Assembly (NCBI GenBank): GCA_964187785.1
Contig: OZ076409.1
Span: forward strand, 10,604,001-10,668,000
Length of the DNA: 64,000 nt
Reading direction: 5' to 3'
Source: Amphiscolops sp. MND2022
Lineage: Eukaryota
The notes under the pieces were generated by a model, which was not told where the DNA came from, searched no databases, and saw nothing but the letters and a program-made list of their open reading frames with translations. Positions 34,611 to 47,700 of the stretch are shown here, one piece after another. The position numbers were made by a program, and so were the translations under genes. The first letter of the stretch is position 1. Each line of letters starts with the position of its first letter.

Positions 34611-34751
34611 CGGCTTCCTTCCTCCAAGACGGAGTCCACATGTAAGGCGGTGTGATCATCAGGTTACACTAGCTTACAACTGCGATTTTTATTGGTACAA
34701 TAAAATTTAACAAAAACGTTTTTTTTTCAAAAAAAGGAAAATTTAAAATGT

Positions 34752-37700
34752 TTAAAGTTTTTGTTGTCGTCGGCATTGGGTGTTATTCGGTTCGGTATCT
34801 GCGGGTTCCACAATCGTTACACTTTTAGTTGTTGAAGTTCTGAAGCTTGGACAAATCCATGTTGTTAATGGATGTTTTCTGAAGGATACACAGTCATAAT
34901 GATACCATGCAATTTTGCAGTTGTTGTTGCAACATTTGATCCTTTCCCTGTTATACGGTTGTTGGCAATAGCAATAAACTTCGGTGGGTACTGTGGATGA
35001 CTGCAGGTTATGGTGTTTATTCTTTTGGCGATCAAATGATATTTTGCAAGGTTTGAGGCGCTGAATGCTGACAATGATATGGTCGTTGTTTTTCTTGATT
35101 GTTGCTGTAGATGATTCTCTGTTGATTTTGATGAGTTCGCGAGGTCCGGTGTAAGGTGCTTCCAAAGGTTGGTTTACTCGGTCGACGCGCAACCAAACGA
35201 ATTTGCAGTTGTCTAGTGCACCTGGGATGAAGGTCTTTCGTGTTGAATATTGTCTGATAACTTTTGCCAAAGCTATCTGTTCGAGGTTGTCCTGAAGGTT
35301 TTTGATGAAGGCGAGAGTGATGGGTGCTGTCTTTTCTGCAACTGTTGTCGGATAAAATACATCTAGTCCTGTGGTGGCTGCTAGTGGTGAAATGAAATTT
35401 CTGTCTGGTTCTGACCTCAATCCGAAAAGAACTACGGGTATTGCTGCTATCCAGTCGGTCTTTGATGACATTAACGCTGCTCTGAGGGTTCGATGAAAAC
35501 GTTCCACTATTCGATTGCTCTGTGGATGATATGAAGTTGTACGGAGTCTGCAAAATCCTAGAGTTTGATAAAGTTGAGCGAACAGTTGACTTTCAAATTG
35601 GGTTCCACGGTCAGTTGTGATGTAGAATGGTACTCCGAAGCGAGAAAACCAGGATGTGAGAAAAGCGTGGCAAACTTCTCGGCTGTGATGGAATGTACTG
35701 GGTGGGCTTCAATCCAATTGGTGCTGCGGTCGATGAAGGTAACAAGGTATCGGAATGGCGAATTGTTGATTGCAGGTAGTGGTCCTACGATATCCTTGTG
35801 AACGTGAGTAAAACGGGCGACGGCTTTATTGAGTTGGTGTGTTGGAGGATGTATATGGCGAGTGATTTTCATCTGTTGGCAAGTGAGGCAGTTGTGGCAC
35901 CATTCTTTGATAGTGCGTTGATCATTGGGCCACGTGAAGCGGGCGAGGATCATACGTGACGTTGATTTCCAGTTGCTGTGGCAAAGGTTGTGCAATTGGG
36001 TGAAGATTGGATAACGGCATTGTTCGGGCAGATTAGGGCGCGTAGGAATGCTTTTATCATAGGTGAGAGCCGTGGTTCCGATGCTGATCATCTGTGTTCC
36101 ATGTTGGTATTGTTCTGACATCTGTTGTTGAAATGAAGTGTCATGTAGGCTGGCAATTCTTGGTAGATCATAGGTGTCGATGGAAATTGTTAATGTTGAT
36201 GCTACGGTTAATGATGTGTCGTCGGTTGGTGGTCGAGAAAGGCAGTCGGCTACAACATTTGTTGATTCTGAGATACGTTGAATGTCGTCAATGTATTCTG
36301 CTAGTAGAGAAAACTATCGAGACTGTTGAGGGTTGTTGGTGTTGGTTTGGCTTCGTTGAAAAGAACAGGTGATGGGTTTGTGGTCTCTGAAAACAACGGT
36401 ATGGCGTCCTTCAATCAGATGTTTGATCTTTAGTGTTGCTGCGAAGATAGCGAGGAGTTCCTTATCAAATGTGCTATAATTTCTTTCATCGGCAGTGAGT
36501 CGGCGAGAAAAAAATGCAAAAGGGCGGCTGCTGTTGTCTGTTATCTCGTGTAAGGCGGCTCCCATGGCTGAACCAGAAGCATCTGTAGTAAGGGAGAGTG
36601 TTGCGTTTTCTGTGAGGTGACGAAGAAGTGTTGCATTAGCGAGTGCGGTCTTCAAAGTAGAGAAGGCTTTGCGGTGATCTTCTAACATGATAAAAGGTGT
36701 TGGTGCTGATTGTTGTTGGGAATTCTTCCGGCGGTAGGATTGTTTCGGCTGGGTTGCGTTGAGAAGTTGTTGTAGTGGTTCAACTATATGTGCGTAGTGT
36801 AGGATATGTTGTCGATAAAATGAGAACATTCCCATATAACGTCGAAGTTCTTTGTTCACTGTTGGTTCTGGTAGTTCTGCGAGCGTCTTTATTCTTGATG
36901 TCTGTGGTTTGATTCCTTCCGATGTTATGGTGTATCCTAAAAAGTCGATTTGGTTTTGTATCCATTGGCATTTTTTGAAGTTAATGCGTAGTCCAAACTT
37001 TTTGAGGCGGATGAAGATTTCTGTTATTGCGTTGATGTGATCAACCAAATTGTTGCTGGCGACGAGTATATCATCGGCCCAGGCGAACACATCTGGCAAT
37101 CCGTTGGTGACTTCGTTGATGAATCGTTGGAAAGTTTTTCCGGCGTTCTTGAGTCCGAAAGACATGCGAAGAAACTCAAAGAGTCCGAAAGGAGTCGTGA
37201 TGGCTGTCTTCTCAATGTCGCCGGGGTGCATGGGAATTTGGTGGTGAGCTTCGACGAAGTCTAGTTTGCTGAAAAAATGTTTGTCTTGAAGTGCGAACGA
37301 TGAAAGCTGTGGCAGTGGGTAAGAATCGCGAACGGTGATTTGGTTGAGGGCGCGGTAGTCTCCACACGGTCTCCAGTCTCCTTTTGTTTCGGTACCATAT
37401 GCAGAGGCGATGCGTATGGGCTTTTGGATGGTTCCTAAGCTTTGCACTTCCTCGAAAGAAGATTTGGCGATAGACAGCTTTTCAGGGCACAGCTTTCTAG
37501 GCGTACAAAAATTAGGTTGAGACAAAACGGCGATGCGATGAGTGGTATTGTGAGAACATGGCGTGTTGAAGTCGGCGTCTCCAAAAACTGATGAATGCTG
37601 TTCCATTATCTTTCTGAGAGCTGTGTCGATTATTTGAGACAGTTCCAGAGAAACGGCTAGAACTCGGGCTGTGACTTGGCGGCGCGGGTGAACTGTTGCG

Positions 37701-38902
37701 TGTTGAAGTGAAGATTGTGACGTTGTCGGTTACTGCTAAGTTGCGGCAGTTGATATTTATGTCTTTGTCTTTGCGGAAACCCAGTCCTAGAATGTTGTCG
37801 TTGACGTCTGGGATGTAGAAGATGAAATTGTAGTTGCGTCGGAGGTAGGGTATGACGATTGTGAGCGTCATTTTTGCGTGCTTTTTGATACGGTCTTGGT
37901 TTACTGTTTTGAGATTCGTTGTTGTCGGCGTGGAGTAATCGGTGTTGACGAGCGTTGATTTGATGATTGATACCATAGATCCAGTGTCGGCGATGAAAGT
38001 AGTCTTCTGTGAGTTGATTTGGGCGGCAAGGCGGATGCAAATAGGATTCCCAATCGTTGCCGCCCACACGAGTGGGGCTATTCGTTTCCCTGTGCGGCGG
38101 GTGATTGTGCGCGAGATGACGGTTCGATATGTGCGGGCTTTGGTCCAGGCCACTTACACCAGGGCCTACAACGTTTGGCGGAGTTAGCGAAAAACAAGTG
38201 GAAGCGGCAAATTTTCGGTCGTTGTCCGGGCGAGAATGGCTGAATATTGTTGTCGGCTGTGCTGTTTCTTGGCGTTAGTTGCGGCTGGCGTGTATAGGAC
38301 GATGACGATGAGTGCTGTATGGCATAAACGTGCGTGTTGTCCTGAAACGTGTCCTTCGAGTAGCTGTATATGGTGTCGGCTAGTTTGGCGAACTTGTCGG
38401 GTGGCAGGTCCTAATATGCGGGAAGTGAGGAACGCGTTGAGATTGGCATGGCTTGCATAAGGTAGTGTTTGATTACATCGTTGTCCATTGTCAGATGACA
38501 TTCTGAAAGCTTGCGCTGGGTGCGCAAGAGGCAAACTGAGGGCTTTTGTCCATCCAGTGAAATCGTTCCTAATGCTTCTTCAATCAGTTCTGTTTTTGAC
38601 TTCTGGTAGACTTGAGTGATGCTCTCCTTGAGGCTGCTGTAATCTTCAATTTCTATTGGCAAGTTGATTGCGACGTCTTCTGGGATTGCTGCGAGGATGT
38701 GGTGATATTTGGTGGTGTCGTTGGTAATTCCAGCCAAGACAAACTGGGATTCCATTTGTCGGAACCAAACATTCGGGTTCCTGCGGTAGAATGGAGGTGG
38801 CTTCATGGTGACTCTGTTGACTGGTGCGTGTTGTAGTTCTGGCTGAGATGAAGTTGAAGTTGTGGTGTTGTCTCCAGATCCAAATTCGATGGTGTTCTGC
38901 AT
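34752..38902 (-). pseudogene. gag-pol: Frameshifted gag-pol of element B (gag 38411-38902, PR 37512-38153, RT/RH 36314-37606, IN 35558-36121 and 34752-35507 with C-terminal PHD finger)
   Basis: ADTGS protease, WADD (mutated YxDD), TDASG, H...CLTC, DIVGP, ERFHRTL, APYTGP motifs, broken over several frames. Confidence 0.92.
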
Positions 38903-39193
38903 TGTGGTGGTATGGATGATTGTTGGATATTATTGGATATTATTTCTTGCGAATATTCTAGTTTGTTTAAACGATAATCTGGTATTGATATTCGGGTTTT
39001 GTTACTGTTTCGTTTTTCTTCTTGTTGCGTAACTGTGTTTTACTTCTTTTTTTGGGGGTCTCCTTTTTTTCGTTCTCTTTCATACACTTTTTCGTTTTTG
39101 TTTTTTTTACTGGAAGAAGAAAACGAAAGAGGTTTGCGAGACAATGATTTAATGTTTGGAGAAAGTTTTTCTTTTTTTTGGGTGGGATGTTGG

Positions 39194-39211
39194 ATCACGT
39201 CGGGGTCACCA
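39194..39211 (-). other. PBS of element B, tRNA-Trp
   Basis: TGGTGACCCCGACGTGAT, the 18-nt tRNA-Trp PBS sequence also used by avian sarcoma-leukosis viruses. Confidence 0.92.
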
Positions 39212-39212
39212 T

Positions 39213-39385
39213 TTTAGGTTTCTTGGAAAGTCCCTAATTATTTTGCCTAATTCTAAATGAAAATCGCAGCTGTGACAAAGTTTGAATAAAGTAGCTGTAT
39301 TATTCAGATCAAACACAATAACTAAACAACTTGAACAAGAATACATAAAAGCGTAATACTTAGCTTGCATAAGAAGAAGTCAACA
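39213..39385 (-). repeat. 5' LTR of element B
   Basis: Direct repeat of 34438-34610, adjacent to the PBS. Confidence 0.9.
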
Positions 39386-40648
39386 CGTCCTTGTCTCAAA
39401 ATGTTATTCGTGGGTTGCACTTCAGAACGAGTGACTAATTGGTGTTCAGTGGTGATCGCCGTGTCTGTAGTAATTCCATATCTGCGTGCAACTGCTCTAA
39501 ACACTTTGAAAACTAGGGGAGTTTGAGGTTTCTTGATCCGGACTCGAATTCTCGTCGAAGGGGTGGCTAAGGGTGAAGTTTTTCATTCAAAAACTTGGGC
39601 TTAGGTTCTGAGGGTTGTCTGCATCTCCACTGGAACTCCAGTGTAACTTGTTCATTGGCTCATAGACGTTTGAGTTGGTAGCAGACTTTGGACATAGGTC
39701 TATGAGTGGGAACCCTTCACACTAAATCATATCAGTCCTGGGAGAGTACTGGAGTACCAGCCATGTTTAAGTGTTAGAACTCACAGCGCATTAAAAACCA
39801 TCGTTAACAGATAAGGCTAGAGTGAAGTTGGGGAGTTTAGTATCACATGATCATTTCTGGGCATGAGTGGTACTTGCCAAACTCTGTCGGGTTGCTGTCA
39901 CCGGACTTCTATTCTGGAGTGGCATTCGATCGGGGATGGAAAAAATTAGGTCAGTCCAGGTGAGCGTGAAGCGAACGTACTCGCAAGTAGTCAAGCACAA
40001 ACCCAGTAGCTTCCTTGGTCACCTAAAACGGTAGGTTAACCTGTATACATGACTACATTATATTCTTTGTAACGTCTAAGTGAAACTTCCGCCAGCCTGG
40101 TGGCCGAAAACCAAAATTTCGTTCAACATATCGCACAAACATTGGCGAAGTTTTGAATATTAGTGGGAACGTGAAATCAGGACAGACAACCAAAAAGGGT
40201 GAAAAAAGAGTGACCCCAACACCCTGTAGACCCGTATTAACACACGCAAACCCCAGATATTTTGATATTGCTGAATATATTGCACCCCAACCAGAATATA
40301 CACCCAAAAATGCTAATTTGATCCGGAAACTCATAACCTTTGGAATACTTTATTCCCAAGCAAAGATGAAATCAAATCCCGTTATTTGTGATTCTCCTCA
40401 CGATATAAAAAAGGTTCTATGTTACAAAAATCATATTTTTCAAGTGTTGACGAGCAACTAGCGGTCGGGTTTTACGCGTACGCCACTGACTGTGATCTCT
40501 TCCAGAGTTTTTTTCACTTTTTCAGTATGGATTTTCCGACCTTCTCTCGAGTACAGCCTGTGCGCACGGTTATTCGAAGAGTTCCAATCTTTGATTTCCA
40601 TCGTAAAAACACTGAAAAAATTTGGGAAAGAGCAATTTTGAAGTGTGG

Positions 40649-40985
40649 CCCTAATTGAAACTGCCTGAACTTTTTGCATGTACTTTGTTGTATTTGACTT
40701 TTATCAAGCTGCTTGAAAAATTGGCGGCGATTTTAAGCTTGGAAGTTTTGCAGGATACATCAAACGGCAGCTATAATTCTAAAAACAAACAAGTTGCTAT
40801 CAGTTTTAGCGCTAAATAACTTCAGTCGCGTAATGAACTGCAAATTAGCGTCATGTTGTACAGCGCTATTCGAGAAGCAGTGATCACATCAGATGAGTAG
40901 TTGAGAAAACAAAGCGATCAAGTCGGTAGTGTAATGGAAGTTATTTTCAAAATTAATTGCAGGAGTGGAAAAATTAACATGCGTG
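40649..40985. mobile_element. Partial copy of the CCCT-TIR MITE family
   Basis: ccctaattgaaactgcctgaactttttgcatg terminus; aataacttcagtcgcgtaat shared with ~61048. Confidence 0.6.
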
Positions 40986-41438
40986 AGAAAGTGGTTCTAA
41001 CATTCGATTGCATTTCACTGCGACTCATTTAAGAATAATGAAAACATGTGTTTACAAAGAATCAGAACTTACAACTACTGGCACTCTAGAGCAATTCACT
41101 GATAGCCATCATGAAACACCAATTACCAAAGGTGGAAACAAATTTGCCCCTTCTAATTCCTTTCCTACCGGTAGCAATCTAGGGTCCAATGGTGGACATC
41201 GTTTGAATAATTTAATTTCAAATTTTCGTTTGAAATTCAAAATAAGGCTTCATGCCGATATTCAGTGCACCTAAAAATGTTAAATCCACATAATTTCGTA
41301 AAGAGGTACTTCAAAGACTCATTAGCAATTGAAGTCGCTCATAAAATCCCGCTACTATTGAAGTGGCTATATAGGCAGTGTTGTAGAAAGAATATAGCTT
41401 AGCCAGAACAATCGAATTACAAAATCAGATCGTCGCGG

Positions 41439-43673
41439 TGTCGAACCCAACCGTGTGGGTCGGCTTTGAAGGACCTTTCGAGGTTGACTGTCGGTTTTCG
41501 GTGTCTGTCTTACTTATGACAGCCATCATTAAGTCCTTCAGTTGACTGAACTCATTCTGTAGTTCGTTTATCTTTCTCTCATAACTCTCTTTTATTTCAG
41601 ATAACTGAGACGAGATATCAGAAACCTCGTTGCTATCAGAGTCATTGGCAGAAGACTGAGCCATGTCTGGGTCCGTTTGAATGGGTGTTTCTGATGAGGA
41701 ACTAATAACTCTTCCGCTTCTGAGTTCGGTGCCTAGATCTGGGTTCATAGAGGTGAGAGAAAAGGAATTATGAGTGAAGACTGGATTCTGGATGATTTTC
41801 GATATATTTTACTATTTTGTGCCGTTATTCGAACTCAAATTCACTATTTCTGAACTTGAGATGTAAATGCGATGAGTTTTACAGTAAGACAAGGATACTA
41901 GTAAAGAATGAGAATAGTTAACGAGGATTAAGTAGAGTTCATCCAAATTTCATCGAATAGATATCAATCAAGAAATTACTCAGAGTTGTGAAGGTAGCGT
42001 TATTTACGATGAATAAGAGATATGTTTTCTAGTTCAAATCTGTCGTAATTCGTCCAACTGGACAGTAGCTAATCGCAATTTCGGTCTGTGTAAACTCTAA
42101 TGGCGGTCCAAAATACAGCAGTTCACGTGTCTTTTCGGGCTGGTAAGACGCTAAATCTCTTACCAGCCGACTCTTATTGGCTATTGCCAGTTGGTGCTAA
42201 TTGGTAAGTCACGTGACCGGTGTTGTGAACTGCCGCAAGTTGGCCAAACCACATGGTACATCTACATATGCTAATTATGACTAATCATCACTTTACAATG
42301 TCGCAATTGCCTGCACACAGTGTCATGGTTTCTATAGCAACTCAAATCATTCAATAATGTACTAATTTCAAGTCAAAACAGAGTAAGCTGCATCACAGGA
42401 TGAGAAAACGATGTTTTTCCAACTAATTCTAGCATTAAAATCAATACTTCAAAAGCAAAGATGGAAACGCGATGAATTCGTCAGAATATTTGCTGATTTT
42501 CAAGTCTAGTTTAGCTCTGGATGAAAATGCGATGAATGGTGGTCTTTTAGCTCGAAAATCAACACGATATGAACTGACGATGATAAAAGGATGAACTCGT
42601 CTTCAAAATGAATGATTTCCAGCACAATTTAAATCAACGATGGTAAAAGGATGAACTCTCCTCGAAAATAACTAATTTCCAGCACTAGTGAAATTGACGA
42701 TGAATTCAGGATGAATTCAGCCAATAAAACAGGTGAAACAGCTAATTCTGCAGTGAAGACAAATATACGATGACTTTAGGATGAATACATTCAATAAAAC
42801 AGCAAAATCTAATGAATGAAATTCCAACGATGGGTTTAGGATGAACTCAACTGAAAATTCGGCTAGTTCTAACGTAAGTCGAACTAGCGATGAATTTGCG
42901 ATGAACTAGTGATGAGTTAATCTAATAAAACAGATATCCAGCACTTCACTCTTTTTTAGGATGAATTAAGGATGTACTTTCTCATTTCTTGTAGTTTCTG
43001 TTCAGGACGATGAAATATAGATGTGTTATGCTCTTTTTAAGAAATGAGAAGCACATTGAAGGTTAATAATCACAAAACGACGATGAGTATAGGATGGCTT
43101 TCATGCATTTTAAAGTCCCGTGAGATCCGCTGATGGATCACTAAATAAAATCAAATATATGTCCCAAATTTTGTTCACCCGCAATCTTGGCGATGTGATT
43201 GCGATGAACCTTGATAATATAGCACCGTAATTTCACTAATAGATCAAGTTGTAGGATCACTAAGTCCGCTGATGGATTAGTGATGAACTTTCCTGAAATT
43301 CGTCACGACTACAAGTCCTGAGGCGAGGGAGCTAGTAGAAGTTACAGATTCCATTATTTCTACATCTCTCGGTCCAGTCTGACCGGAAGACTTCTCTCCC
43401 TTATCGTGACAAACCAATATTGAATAAGATAGCACATTAAAAGCTATTGGCAAGATCATTTGTGCGGACACCGGAATTAGAGCGCTCAGTATTAAGTAAA
43501 TATATATAGCTCAAACTCAGGGGGGATAGGGATTAAAGTACAAGTAACGTAGGGTTGCTCACAACCATGGCTCTTATTATATGACATCATATTGCCCATA
43601 TCTAAGTACATAAGACATAATATTTACATTACAAATATTTAGTAGATTATATTTCCATCATGCTGGCATGACA
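41439..43673 (-). repeat. 3' LTR of element C (2235 bp); includes a copy of the first 103 gag codons (ORF 41425-41748)
   Basis: Near-identical to 58485-60720 (5 substitutions and 1 indel spotted by eye); preceded on the minus strand by GGGGAG. Confidence 0.97.
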
Positions 43674-44199
43674 CTCCCCGGGGCGGGATTTGGACTGAGA
43701 GTGCAGGGACCAAATGCGCAGAGGATGGTTGTCTCGGCGTTGGCTTCGACTGATCCTTCGTTTGGTTGGGGAGAAAATGGCCTTCGTTAGTTCTGAATTG
43801 GCATGTCCTTCGTTTGTTCTGTCCTGTGAGAGCTTCTCTGAGAAGAGGACCTTCGGTAATCGTCTTTTCTGGCATCATCCTGGGTGATTTCGGTTAAAAT
43901 TTTCGACGCGGCAACTCTAATTCTTGGTCCATCGAATGTCCGCTGACCTGCATTTTATTGGTTGTCATGCTTTTGACGGGAGTTTCGGCTGGTTATTTTC
44001 GGTAGAAGCTGATTTCTCGGAGAAAAGTTTCCCTCCAAAACGCCTACGCTGAGTAAACAATTCGATTAGCTTCACTGACAAATTGGCAGCGAGTCAGGGA
44101 TGAATGAACGATGAATTGTTTGCTCAGCGAGACACTGATGCTGTTTAGCGGAATGGCTGGCGCCGTTACTTGTTTACTCGCGATGAAAGGAGATGAATC

Positions 44200-44284
44200 G
44201 TTGCCATAGCAACTGTCAAAAGTTACTTCCGCTGCTCGACTTTTGAGTGAAAGAGAAAAGAGATGAATTCGTCGCCATAGCAAC
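44200..44284. promoter_or_regulatory. Two RFX X-box-like palindromes upstream of the antisense gene
   Basis: GTTGCCATAGCAAC (44200-44213) and GTCGCCATAGCAAC (44271-44284). Confidence 0.55.
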
Positions 44285-44797
44285 TGTTGCTCGATCTGAT
44301 TGGCTGAGACTGAACTTATAACTGAAGGAAAATACAACCGGTTGTCAGCAGCATTCTCATCCATAAATCATCCTCCATTCAAGTCGGTTTGAAAATCGCC
44401 ACGATTTCCTTTGCGCGTTTCCGCTCAACTTCGTCGGTATAGATCTGAGACTGGCAGCTGTCAACAAATCAAATACTTGAAGTTTTTGTCAAGTCCTGGG
44501 AGGGGACGATCCATTTTCAGAGAAGGCTTGAGTTGGTTGTACTGGGAAGAAAAGTGATGTCAGTATTTGAAATCGGAGAATTTTCATCGATTTTTCATCT
44601 TCTGAATTCAAGTATTTGATTAACATGGCATTCAAGCTGCGCCGCTTTTTGAAATCTTCTATTGAATTTGTTCTTCTGTAATCATGGTTGATCAGGCCAT
44701 TTAATTACTGATCAAATTCTCTGCTTCTGGATTCTTCGATTTCTTTCCTTCTTTCACCGTCTTCCATTCTTTTCAGATTGTTTTGCAATTTTTCGCG

Positions 44798-47700
44798 ATG
44801 TCGGATATCAACTCCATCTATTCGTTACCGGAGACCGAGGCCACAGAAAGTAAGTGCACTATTTTTTCTCTTCTTCACAAACGGGCCGGGGAATAATTAG
44901 GAATTGAAGGCGTGTCTTGGTTTTAGCGGACTCCGTTCACTCTGTCGGCATAATTTCCGAACTGACTACTTTGCAGACAGTTCCGCCTCAAGATGCTCCG
45001 ATCCCTGCAGCATCTCACGCACCTCAGTATCAACCTGAGCAGCAAACTGAACAGGCCCCTAACGTCCCGTATCTTCCGCAGTGTAAGTACTATCCTTCCA
45101 TTCTTCAGTTCAGTCTTCGAATCCCTCATATCTCATCCTTACTCTGTCCAGTAGCTGACTCCTTTTCGTATGGTGTTTCAGACCACTACCCCTGGTATGC
45201 TTCCCTAGGCAGCATCACCTTCGGGTGGTATGACCGCCACATGCGGGACATGCTGCGGGATAGCATCCAGCAGTACAGTGAGTTTGTCAATTTCCTTTTC
45301 ACTTCTCTAGGCTATCGTCCGAACACTCCGATGTGATTCCGATGTAAACATCTCATCTGCATGTAGTGTCCTTTGCGGTCGATTACCCATGTAATTCACC
45401 TTCGAGATGAATTTAGGATGTGTCATGGACATTCACAGCTCTTCATGACTGACTCGCTGTAAATCCCATTTTTGAAGATGAGTTTTGGATGTATTCTTCT
45501 CCGGTTTTCTTTCTTCGCGCGGCGTACGCGCTCTTTCTTCTCTTATCGTCGTCGTCCAGTAACTGTTTCTTCTTTCAGGCCCCACACCGATCCACGCACC
45601 AAGGCCTCGTCCCATCAGCTATTCCGTAGGAGTAGGGACGAGTGATTTCGCCGCAACTAGTGCTGATGCTAGCACTCAAGGAGGGCCTCCTCAACTTGAC
45701 TTGTCCTCGTTCCTTCAGGACTTGTCATTCGGGAGTGTAAGTTCTCCTGTCAGGCAGGCGCCAGTGTCTGTACTGTCGCCAGTGCTGAGGGGTTCTTTCG
45801 CCGCTAGTAGTCCTCCTCCTGCTCGTATCACTCTCGACGCTGCTGTGAATGCTGTTGTCGATTGCGTGGATGCAGTCACCGATGCCGTTGTCGATACCTC
45901 TGATCGAGCAGTCCAGGCCGTTGTGGAAGTCAGTGAGTCCTCCACCTTCCATGATCCTCCTGTTGAGGAACCTGTCATCGTTGCCTCTTCTTCTGTTCCT
46001 GCCTTTTCAGTCAGCGGCACTGATACACTTGGTGATGCTTCCGTGAGTACTGCCGGCGGTGCTGAGACCCTACTTGAAGTCCCTGGTGACTTCTCGTCCG
46101 ACAGCCTTCTGCCTGCTGAACCTGACCGAGAATCTGCTTCTCCCAGTGCTGCTCTCATGTCGACCGTGGCTTCTCCCATGGGACCCAGTCTACTGGATAG
46201 TGATGACGAACCAATCGCGTCCCGTCTGCCAGGTTAACTAAACAGCTTTAAACTGGTGAAGTATCTGATCAGTAGATTTTTCATTCATTTCCTTCTTCGC
46301 TTTTGCTTTCACTAGCATTTTTCACGTTTTTCTTCTTTTCTATCCATTTTTCATCGTTCTTCTGTTTTCACTATATGGTTTTCTGCAGTTTTCCATTTTC
46401 CATCACATTCTCATCGTCAAAAGTCGTTGAACAATAGTTTTCGCTCTCTAGTCCTTTTTAGAAATTTCATCTCTTTTACATCTTTAAAATTTTCTCTTTT
46501 CGGTTTTCGCTATTTGTCGGTGTTTTCTTTTCAGTTTTCATCTCTTTTTCATCGTTAAGTTGTTTTCGCTCTAAAATATCTCAATTTTTGGTTCAAAGTC
46601 GTTCTATTTATCTCTTTTCCATCGTTCAAGTTTTTCATTCTTTAAGGTTTCCATTTTTCATTCTGGTGGTGTGCAAAATGCATCTCTTTTTCATCTTTTC
46701 GTTTTCTTCGTTTTTCGCTTATATTTCCTGATGAAAATATTATTTTACATCATTTTTTCATCACTCCGGGTGACTTTTGGAAGTTTGCGGTGGTTTTTTC
46801 ATTTTTCAGTTTTTAAAGATTATTTTAAGATGATCTTGGAATTTTGTGGGAACGTGGTCGTTTTTAGTGGATGTGCTATGTGTTGGCATGTGATTATTTC
46901 TGTTTGTAGGGCGAAAAGTGATCAAGTCATGGTGGTTTTCTCATGAATACTGTGGGCTTGCACTGGGCTATGCACGAAGTCATCAATCGCGGCTATCATT
47001 CGTTCGATGTTTACTGTGCAAGCGTGATATCAATGTTGGCAGCCGTGGTATCACTACTTTCATGGAGCATTGTCGTGGGCTCCGTCACCATCGTTTGGAC
47101 TGTCTGATTCGTTTGTTTCGGGATTTACCGTTGCGGCGACGCGACGGGTCATTGATGAGTAATGAAGAGAGTGTGGAGTGTAGGAGCAGCCTGGGCGGTG
47201 CAATGGTGCCGTTCATTGAGACGTGCCCCTCCTTTAGTGTACTGGAGGTGTTTGAGTTGGAAGCAGCTGGACGACCTGTGTGGGGGGACGAGGAGGAAGA
47301 GGATCTATTGTGTGAAAAGACGGTGCATCTGTTCGTGTGCCTGGTTATTGACTCAATCTATCGTGGGTGTCAGTTCGCCAGCGTAACGAGTTTGTGGGAG
47401 GTGATGGTTGCGTCAGAGCCGCAACATGCCTCTCTTTTCGGTGTTACTTGCGAAGTGAATGACGTGATGGTAATTCGTATTTCTTTTTGTTTTTTGTTTC
47501 ATGAAGGTTCGTGTAGATGGAAAAAAAATACATTTAGTGGGTGGTTTTCCATAGGTAGTTTTGAAGCTTGGGTAGGGGGGATTTTCAACTATTAATTGTG
47601 TCGGGTTATTTTTAAGCGGATAGTGAATTAATGTATAGTAAAGTTGATGTTTGTTTTTAGAGTGTGGTTCTACTGAGTTTGTGGCCGTACGCGATGAAGA

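Larger units (their letters stand above)
34438..39385 (-). mobile_element. Element B: decayed Gypsy LTR retrotransposon, CsRN1-like clade, ~4.95 kb
   Basis: 173-bp direct repeats (~8 mismatches by eye); tRNA-Trp PBS; PPT ggaggaaggaag; Gag PPPFY...WFRQMESQF and C-x2-H-x9-C-x3-C motif (CRFHLFFANSAKRCRPWC, ~38155-38210); imperfect flanks agtc/cgtc. Confidence 0.93.

Noticed and set aside
40053..40679. Overlapping 70-100 aa ORFs
   Set aside because: No recognisable homology or consistent splice structure.
42390..43290. Regularly spaced short repeats with variable spacers, superficially CRISPR-like
   Set aside because: Only 8 conserved bases in two half-sites, eukaryotic LTR context and no cas genes; reported as a binding-site array instead.
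43277..43471. Small LTR ORF MSAQMILPIAF (also 60306-60518)
   Set aside because: The two LTR copies differ by a frameshifting indel; no motif; GTG-type start.
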